A DNA stretch of 46,115 nucleotides from Thermotogota bacterium (GTDB lineage: Bacteria > Thermotogota > Thermotogae > Petrotogales > Kosmotogaceae): the NCBI GenBank assembly GCA_034660555.1, contig JAYEJL010000100.1, forward strand, positions 1 to 46,115, given 5' to 3'. Positions 39,396 through 46,115 of this stretch are shown here, piece by piece. How positions within the stretch are numbered: the first letter of the stretch is position 1; each line of letters begins with the position of its first letter. The notes under the pieces were generated by a model that saw only the letters and a list, made by a program, of their open reading frames with translations, was not told where the DNA came from and made no database searches. Position numbers and translations under genes: made by a program.

Positions 39396-41713
39396 GTGAA
39401 AGAAAAGAATTCAATTATGTAAATAAGAATGAAATCAAGGTTGATGGTTCTGCAATATTAAAGGGCAAACCTGTTTATACAGATGATTTCGATTTTCCAG
39501 ACGCCTTGCATGTAGTTCTTGTTCGAAGTACATATCCTCATGCAAGGATAAAAAGCTTAGATAAACAAAAGGCATTGAAGGTACCTGGAGTGGTTGAAAT
39601 TCTGACATATGAAGATGTTCCTCAGAAGATTTTCACAAAGGCTGGTCAGGGTTTTCCAGAACCATCTCCTTATGATAGCTTCATTTTAAGTAGAAAGGTA
39701 CGCTATGTTGGTGACCCGGTCGCAATAGTTGCTGCAGAAACTATAGATGCAGCTAAAATTGCTGCGAGTAAGGTAAATGTTGAATATGAAAAGCTTGAAC
39801 CTGTACTTGATTTCAAAAAAGCTACCATGGATGGAGCACCGGTGATACATGATGAAGAAGGCACAAAAGATATACATGACCCTTCAAGAAATATTGCTTC
39901 TCATTACGAAATGGAAGTGGGAAATACTGATGAAGTAATGGGAAAATGTGATTATGTTGTTGAAAAAACCTATCATATAAATACCCAGCTTCATGCGATG
40001 ATGGAACCTCATGTGTCCATAAGTTATTATGATACGAATGGACGACTTGTTGTAATCACATCCACGCAGGTGCCTTTTCATGTCAGAAGAATCTTGTCGA
40101 TGATATTCGATATCCCTATAAGGAAAATTCGCGTTATTAAACCGCGAATTGGTGGTGGTTTTGGAGGGAAGCAAGCTGTTCATGTTGAACCATATGTGAC
40201 TGCTGTGACGCTTAAAACAGGGAGACCTGCCAGGATGATCTTTGAACGACCTGAGGTTTCCATGGCGACAAATATCCGACACGAAATGGAGTTTAAAGCG
40301 GCAGTAGGCGCATCAAAAGATGGAACGATCAAAGCGCTTTCACTTGATGGCCTTTCAAATACAGGTGCTTATGGAGAACATGCGCTAACCGTTTTCATGG
40401 TAGCCGGCTCAAAAACACTACCACTCTATAACAAAGTGGAAGCAGTAAGATTTAGAGGAGACGTTGTTTACACCAATTTACCACCCGCTGGAGCGTATAG
40501 AGGTTATGGGGCTCCACAAGGTCTTTTTGCACTTGACTGTGTTATCGATGAACTAGCCCAGGAACTGGGAGTTGATCCACTTGAACTGAAACGAAATAAT
40601 TCAATAAAAGAAGGAGAAACATCTCCTATATTTAAAATTATGGGAGAAGGAACAGAAGGCGTGGAACAGATAGTTCGTAGCTGTAAATTAGATGAGTGTG
40701 TAGAGAAAGGCAAGAAAATAATTAACTGGGATGAAAAGATAAATCGTAAAGAGAAGCCAGGTAAAAAGGTTAAAGGTGTAGGATGCGCGCTTGCAATGCA
40801 AGGTTCGGGTATTGCAAAAGTTGATATGGGCGCAGCATCTGTAAAAGTTAACGAAGATGGTTCCGTAAACCTTCATTTAGGTGCAACTGATCTGGGGACT
40901 GGCAGCGATACAATAATGGCTCAGATAGTTGCAGAAACCCTTGATATTCCTGTGAAAAAGGTAATTGTGTATTCTTCCGATACCGACATGACCCCCTTTG
41001 ATGTTGGAGCCTACGCGTCGAGTACCACCTATGTATCGGGTAATGCAGTAAAGAAAGCAGCTGAAAAGCTTAAGAACAGGATAAAAGAAAAGGCTGCTCA
41101 TTATCTGAACACAGATGTTGACAATATTGAGGTCAAGAATCAACACGTATTAAATAAAGAAAATGGCGAAAAAATATCTTTCAGCGATCTTTTTACCAAA
41201 CTGTTTTATACATTTGAGCAGGAACAGTTAATGGCATCAGCATCATACGTAGGTAATGAATCACCACCACCCTATCTGGCAACGTTTGCCGAAGTAGAAA
41301 TTGATCTTGAAACGGGTAAAATTGATGTTTTAAAGATCGTTTCAGTTGCTGATTGTGGTACTCCAATCAACCCGATTCAGGCAAAAGGGCAACTGGAAGG
41401 AGCCACCATGCAGGGACTGGGCTGGGCTCTGTATGAAGATGTTAAATATGATGGCAGAGGAAGAATGCTAACCAACGATTTCTTCACCTATAAAATTCCG
41501 TCAAGGATGGATTACGTGAGTATGGAATGTCATCTTGTTGACAGCTATGAACCTAGCGGTCCATTTGGCGCCAAGAGCATTGCAGAAATCGGAATCGATA
41601 CACCTATACCTGCTATAGCCAACGCAATATACAATGCAACAGGTATAAGATTGAGAGAAGCCCCCTTCAGTAGCGAAAAATTGCTTATGGAGATATTGAG
41701 GAAGGAGATTTGA
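39392..41713 (+). CDS. Xdh-family molybdopterin-binding subunit (XdhD-like)
   Basis: STQVPFH, IGGGFGGKQ, AYRGYGAPQG, DLGTG, YASS, GPFGAKSIAE. Confidence 0.93.
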   Translation: MSERKEFNYVNKNEIKVDGSAILKGKPVYTDDFDFPDALHVVLVRSTYPHARIKSLDKQKALKVPGVVEILTYEDVPQKIFTKAGQGFPEPSPYDSFILSRKVRYVGDPVAIVAAETIDAAKIAASKVNVEYEKLEPVLDFKKATMDGAPVIHDEEGTKDIHDPSRNIASHYEMEVGNTDEVMGKCDYVVEKTYHINTQLHAMMEPHVSISYYDTNGRLVVITSTQVPFHVRRILSMIFDIPIRKIRVIKPRIGGGFGGKQAVHVEPYVTAVTLKTGRPARMIFERPEVSMATNIRHEMEFKAAVGASKDGTIKALSLDGLSNTGAYGEHALTVFMVAGSKTLPLYNKVEAVRFRGDVVYTNLPPAGAYRGYGAPQGLFALDCVIDELAQELGVDPLELKRNNSIKEGETSPIFKIMGEGTEGVEQIVRSCKLDECVEKGKKIINWDEKINRKEKPGKKVKGVGCALAMQGSGIAKVDMGAASVKVNEDGSVNLHLGATDLGTGSDTIMAQIVAETLDIPVKKVIVYSSDTDMTPFDVGAYASSTTYVSGNAVKKAAEKLKNRIKEKAAHYLNTDVDNIEVKNQHVLNKENGEKISFSDLFTKLFYTFEQEQLMASASYVGNESPPPYLATFAEVEIDLETGKIDVLKIVSVADCGTPINPIQAKGQLEGATMQGLGWALYEDVKYDGRGRMLTNDFFTYKIPSRMDYVSMECHLVDSYEPSGPFGAKSIAEIGIDTPIPAIANAIYNATGIRLREAPFSSEKLLMEILRKEI

Positions 41714-41714
41714 T

Positions 41715-42845
41715 ATGAAATTTAAAACATTTCTGATATTTTTTATACTGCTTGGCAGTCTGTTAGTTTCTAAAAACCTTACTGTCTGGGTTAGCTGGGA
41801 AGGTTTGTCCTTTTTTGAAGAAAAAGCTGAAGAGTTTAATAAAGATACGGGTCATAACATAGAAATACTCTTTGTACCGAACATGGAAGAAAAATTACTA
41901 ACATCAATCAAAACAGGTAATCTACCAGATCTGGCATTGATTAAGGATGTGCATTCGGGATATTTGTCTCATGTAAATACTTTATACAGAATAAAAGATG
42001 AAGATCTCGAACAATTGGGTACATTCAGAAAAGATGATCTGAAAGTATTTTCGGTTAATAATGAAATTGTTGCAATTCCATATTATGCAGATCTTCAGGT
42101 TGCTTTCGTTAATCAGAAGATTTTGAAAGAGTCAGGTCATGAGCTTTCATTTGATTACACCATTGATGATATTAGAGAAATCAAAGATGATTTTGAAAAT
42201 AGTGAAATATTTCCCGCAGCCTGGGATTTCATGTCACCATATGTTTTTTATCCCTTTGCAGTGCATGACGCGGAGTTAATCGATGAAAATGGAAAACTAC
42301 AAATGGATACTGATTTTCTTGCTGAAACTATACGCAATATAAAAGAATTATTTGACGAAAATATATTTGAAAGATATGAGAGAGGTGCTCTTATTAAAGG
42401 TTTCAGTTCGGGAAAAATTGCTATAATACTTCAGGGAAGCTATCTTAGTCCTACTTTTGAACAAAATGAAACAAGCTTCGAAATTTTGCCTTTTCCAGTG
42501 ATGAATGATAAAAGGATTAAGGGACTTATTGATGCAAAGGGATTTGCGATACTTAACAGGACGAAACAAGACATTGCCCTTGAATTTATAGTTTTTCTAT
42601 ACAGCAATTCGAATTCTTATTGTGAAAAATACTATAAAGTACCGCTATGGACTGAATCCAACTCTGAAAAACTAAAGGATCTAAGAGCTGTCTTAAAAGA
42701 GAGTCAATACATGGAACAAAGTGAAAATTTTCAACGCTTATACTTTAGGGTTATGAGAACTGTTCTACAATCAGTTTATTCGGAAACAATGACTGTTGAA
42801 GAAAGCCTTCAGAATGCACAGGAATTTGTGAATAAGAATTGGTAG
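41715..42845 (+). CDS. ABC transporter substrate-binding protein (carbohydrate/CUT1-like)
   Basis: Signal peptide without lipobox, LTVW, GNLPDL, AIPYY, FSSGKIA. Confidence 0.8.
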   Translation: MKFKTFLIFFILLGSLLVSKNLTVWVSWEGLSFFEEKAEEFNKDTGHNIEILFVPNMEEKLLTSIKTGNLPDLALIKDVHSGYLSHVNTLYRIKDEDLEQLGTFRKDDLKVFSVNNEIVAIPYYADLQVAFVNQKILKESGHELSFDYTIDDIREIKDDFENSEIFPAAWDFMSPYVFYPFAVHDAELIDENGKLQMDTDFLAETIRNIKELFDENIFERYERGALIKGFSSGKIAIILQGSYLSPTFEQNETSFEILPFPVMNDKRIKGLIDAKGFAILNRTKQDIALEFIVFLYSNSNSYCEKYYKVPLWTESNSEKLKDLRAVLKESQYMEQSENFQRLYFRVMRTVLQSVYSETMTVEESLQNAQEFVNKNW

Positions 42846-42852
42846 ATAATTT

Positions 42853-44886
42853 ATGTCACTGTTTTTGATAGCAATATTACTCATTCTATTCTTATTGATA
42901 ATTATTCGGGGAAGGTATTTTTCACTTCCCATTCTTTTTGCTTTGTTACTGGTTGTAATTCTCCCAGTAATTTGGGCTTTTGGGGTTATGTTCCTCGACT
43001 ATGGTCTATTCAATGATCCTCCTAGATTCGTTGGACTGAGGAATTTACATCAGGCATTTAATGATAAAGGATTCAGACTGTCAGTTCAGATATCATCTTT
43101 GTGGACCTTATTAAAGACAACAATAGAGTTTTTTATAGCCTTCTTCCTTGCTGTTAGCCTAAGAAAACTATCTAAATCTGGAAAATTAATACTTTTCTTT
43201 CTTGGAACAGGCTGGTTTTTACCTTCATATATCAGTGTCTCTGCATGGAGAGCAATCATTCAGGGTTATGGGAGCCATTCGATACTGAATATTATTTTCA
43301 ATACAGGTATCGATATTTCGATGCAACCGATTTCAGCTTTCATTATTTCACTGTTTGTAAACATCTGGTTATCTGTTCCCATGACAACGCTCCTTATAAT
43401 AGCCATGCTGCAGTCTATTTCTAAAGAAACATTTGACAATCTTTCAGTTGATGGAGCAAAGGAATTTGTGGTGTCGAAAATTTGCTTTACCAGTATCAGA
43501 AACATACTCATACCTTTTTACTTTTTTCAACTCGCAAGAGGCTTAAAGGGTTTTACAGGCATATTTTTGCTCACCGGACAGGGACCACTCATACCAGGAG
43601 GGTTTACGCCGGATACAATTGTAGGCTCAACAACGGTTTTAAGCGTGGCGCTCTTTGAGAAATTCCAGATGTCTCAAAATTACGGTACTCTCGCAGCATA
43701 TAGTGTTCTTGTGAGTCTTGTGGTGCTACTATGGTCGATAGCAGCGCTTGTTTCCAGAACAAATAAACCTGAAAGACATAAAAAAACGTTTTATTTGGTA
43801 ATAATTGCTCATTTAGCTGGCATATTTTACCTGAATCTAAATCTGTCATGGTTGTTTGTTGTTCTGTTATATGCGATAAGTCTTGTCCTTTATTATAAAA
43901 AGATGAAGACATTCAGAATAGCAGCGTTACTCGCGGTTTTGCTAGAAATAGCATTATTAATAGTATTTATACTAAGCGATGGATGGCAGGGTATTAACCC
44001 TTCTTCAATGTTGAGTATTCCGCTGGTGGTGCTTTCGCTGAGGTTCCGAACAGCTTTATTGAATCTGGGTTTTCCTAGTTTAATAAAATGGATAATGAAA
44101 GCGGTTCTTCCTTTTTTATCGGGTTTTGTCCTATTATATGTGGCTTTGCTGGCACTTTCAAGTAATAACACAATTGTTCCAGATTTTAGTAATCTTACTT
44201 TTGAAAATTTTTCCCGTGTATTCTTTGACGATCAGCTCTGGATAAACATCTTGAACACATTGAAAATTGCGGGACTTACTGTGATGTTTCTTGTTTTCAT
44301 AATCTTACCTTTTTCATATAGCTTTTCACGTTTCAATAAACGATTGAATATGATAATAATGACAATTCTTCTGTTCGGAAGCGCTTACACAGGAATGCAT
44401 ACATTGCTACCGCTGTACATGCTCTTCGATAGACTCAATCTTGTTAATACTTTCAGCGGTATTGCTCTTGTGGTAGCTGTTCAGGTTTTACCCGTTGGGG
44501 TTATAGCTCTTAGTTCTTTTCTTAGGAGGATACCCAGAGAGTTTAGAGAAGTGGCTATGTTAAATGGCATGAAAGAGGGTTCGTATTTGCTCAAAATTAT
44601 TTTGCCATTGAGTTTACCGTTAATTGTCGGTATAGTTATCTTAGCAATAGTAAATGCCTGGAATGCCTTTACAGTTCCTCTCATCTTTATTGATAAAATG
44701 AATATGTTGCCATTTTCCATAAAAATATACGAGTATGCTGGTGAAATTGGTAGTTATTATACAAAGTGGAATCTTTTTGGAGCTGCTTCAATTATAGGTA
44801 TAATTCCATTGATTTTTCTGTATAGAAGAAGCCAGAAGTTTTTGTACGTTCGTTATCTGAGTGAAGGCGGTGTAAATTATGAGTAG
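42853..44886 (+). CDS. Fused double ABC permease (MalF-like plus MalG-like)
   Basis: FVGLRN and degenerate EAA loop (LQSIS...VDGA) in the first half; TFENF, IPREFREVAMLNG and AWN in the second half. Confidence 0.82.
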   Translation: MSLFLIAILLILFLLIIIRGRYFSLPILFALLLVVILPVIWAFGVMFLDYGLFNDPPRFVGLRNLHQAFNDKGFRLSVQISSLWTLLKTTIEFFIAFFLAVSLRKLSKSGKLILFFLGTGWFLPSYISVSAWRAIIQGYGSHSILNIIFNTGIDISMQPISAFIISLFVNIWLSVPMTTLLIIAMLQSISKETFDNLSVDGAKEFVVSKICFTSIRNILIPFYFFQLARGLKGFTGIFLLTGQGPLIPGGFTPDTIVGSTTVLSVALFEKFQMSQNYGTLAAYSVLVSLVVLLWSIAALVSRTNKPERHKKTFYLVIIAHLAGIFYLNLNLSWLFVVLLYAISLVLYYKKMKTFRIAALLAVLLEIALLIVFILSDGWQGINPSSMLSIPLVVLSLRFRTALLNLGFPSLIKWIMKAVLPFLSGFVLLYVALLALSSNNTIVPDFSNLTFENFSRVFFDDQLWINILNTLKIAGLTVMFLVFIILPFSYSFSRFNKRLNMIIMTILLFGSAYTGMHTLLPLYMLFDRLNLVNTFSGIALVVAVQVLPVGVIALSSFLRRIPREFREVAMLNGMKEGSYLLKIILPLSLPLIVGIVILAIVNAWNAFTVPLIFIDKMNMLPFSIKIYEYAGEIGSYYTKWNLFGAASIIGIIPLIFLYRRSQKFLYVRYLSEGGVNYE

Positions 44887-45625
44887 CATAATGGATAGAA
44901 TGATTGAGAAGGTTTGTAATGATTTTGGAGATCTTAAGGTAATCGATTACATTGTAGGAACGGGAATGACTGCTGTAAAATTGTCTGATGAAAGTGTTGG
45001 AGTGGCTCATATTTTTAGAGAGGAATTACCAGCTGGTTGTATGATATTTGATGAACTTCTGCCTTCACCAACGGGAATTAAGGATTTTATTAAACAATCT
45101 GATTTGTATCATCCAGTTACCGTCAGTCTGGCACTGGCGACGATAAATGCAGTTTTTAACAATATGAAAAGAGATAATGAAACAGAGAGGGATATTTTTG
45201 AACTTGCAGAGATACAGGGAAGTGACGTGGTTGGTTTTGTGGGTGATTTTCGTCCACTTACCAGAGCACTTAGAGATAAGGTCAAAAAGCTGATGGTTTT
45301 TGAGAGAATTCCATCAGAAGACTATCTACCTGACTGGGCTATTCCGTGGAAAATAAAAGAATGCGATGTAGCTATAATCACAGGTACCACCATAATGAAC
45401 AAAACCCTTGACAACATTTTACAATCCGTAGATACGGACAGAGTTTTCATATTTGGACCTTCCACCACATTATTGCCTGACATTTATCCTGAATGTGTGA
45501 AAGCCATTGGAGGAACAAGAATTATAGATGGAGACAAAGCAATGGATATAGCCTCAAAAGCTGGAGGAACAAAAAACCTTTACCGGATGAACGCTGCGAA
45601 AAAAATCACGGTTAGGATTCATTGA
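44879..45625 (+). CDS. DUF364 family (Rossmann-like) protein
   Basis: SLALATINA, VGFVGDFRP, VFER, IITGTTIMNKT, GPST. Confidence 0.8.
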   Translation: MSSIMDRMIEKVCNDFGDLKVIDYIVGTGMTAVKLSDESVGVAHIFREELPAGCMIFDELLPSPTGIKDFIKQSDLYHPVTVSLALATINAVFNNMKRDNETERDIFELAEIQGSDVVGFVGDFRPLTRALRDKVKKLMVFERIPSEDYLPDWAIPWKIKECDVAIITGTTIMNKTLDNILQSVDTDRVFIFGPSTTLLPDIYPECVKAIGGTRIIDGDKAMDIASKAGGTKNLYRMNAAKKITVRIH

Positions 45626-45629
45626 AAAG

Positions 45630-45741
45630 CCGAGAAGGACAAAGAAGACGAGAAGACGAGAATCTGAGAGCCAGATACCAGAACACGTCCATCGTCCATC
45701 AATGACGTTTCGTTCAACGCTTGCCGTTAGCAAGCTTCGTC
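45630..45741 (+). repeat. Intergenic stretch of short tandem repeats ending in a hairpin
   Basis: AGAAGACG x2.5 (45643-45662), CCAGATA/CCAGAAC, CGTCCAT x2 (45686-45699), hairpin GCTTGC-cgtta-GCAAGC (45719-45735). Confidence 0.6.
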
Positions 45742-46115
45742 GTGCGCCAAGAAGGCAAAGAGAAGAAGATTCTCTGAGCCATGCTTAATCAGAGATGAGG
45801 GAGGGCCCCTCGAAGTCGTCATGCAGGTGAAGGCTTCAAACCACCGTAAGCTGCTGTGGTAAAGAGCCATGGTGGTGAGCGTTACGGAAAAGGCAGGACA
45901 ACGATCTTGTCAGGTGAGTACCAGAGGAGACGAATACAAATGAACCACCGTGAACGTGTCGTAAGGAATTGTAGTGTCATCGAAACCGGATTGGGGCGAA
46001 GAATCCGGTATAAGTCTGGAAGGAACCTGCTTACTGTCCAGATGGTGGCCGGCATAGAGGTGGCGTGACCCTGGTACAGGCTCTGATTAGGAACTTGGGA
46101 ACCTGTTTCTGGATG
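45742..46115 (+). mobile_element. Group II intron, 5' portion (domain I), truncated by window end
   Basis: Begins GTGCG; GC content rises; stem ACCGGATT/AATCCGGT with loop GGGGCGAAG complementary to the 5' exon; TCTGGA/TCCAGA stem; GGAACTTGGGAACCTG motif recalled from IIB-type introns. Confidence 0.85.

Noticed and set aside
28252..41713. Selenocysteine read-through in the selenium-associated cluster
   Set aside because: All ORFs appear full length with no in-frame TGA splitting a domain.
45630..45741. CRISPR array
   Set aside because: Repeats are 7-8 nt, heterogeneous and unspaced; no cas genes.
45929..45934. GACGAA as EBS1 (perfect complement of exon TTCGTC)
   Set aside because: Not in an evident terminal stem-loop; the loop at 45993-46001 fits the EBS1 position better.
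45856..46068. 70-aa ORF
   Set aside because: Lies within structured intron domain I; no SD or recognisable motif.

Overview
Low-GC, gene-dense bacterial chromosome segment, most likely Thermotogota (inferred from the pgk/tpi frameshift arrangement, a Thermotoga-type DHFR and gene order). It contains: (1) 1-11.4 kb, a housekeeping run gap-pgk(-1 frameshift)tpi, then zapB-like/zapA-murI-rapZ-yvcK-whiA-nrdR-greA-lysS-yqeY-glmL-like; (2) 11.4-15.3 kb, a minus-strand ABC-2 exporter whose ATPase gene has a 24-bp start duplication and a C-terminal frameshift, plus tRNA-Gly(CCC) and folA; (3) 15.4-23.5 kb, lipoprotein-methyltransferase-tmk-clpC-radA-disA; (4) 23.5-26.7 kb, a ligand-less amidohydrolase, a TagA/WecG glycosyltransferase, tRNA-Leu(CAA) and a Pit transporter; (5) 26.7-45.6 kb, a large anaerobic purine/urate-degradation-type cluster (ygeY, ygeW-like, hyuA-like, ssnA, Xdh subunits and maturation genes) in which the usual ygfK and ygeX are absent and a non-canonical PreA/DHODH-like flavo-FeS protein and a threonine-synthase-like PLP enzyme are present instead, followed by an ABC importer with a fused permease and DUF364; (6) the 5' end (domain I) of a group II intron at 45742, with a readable EBS1-IBS1 pairing, cut by the window edge. 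All calls are from motif recognition by eye; no searches were run.
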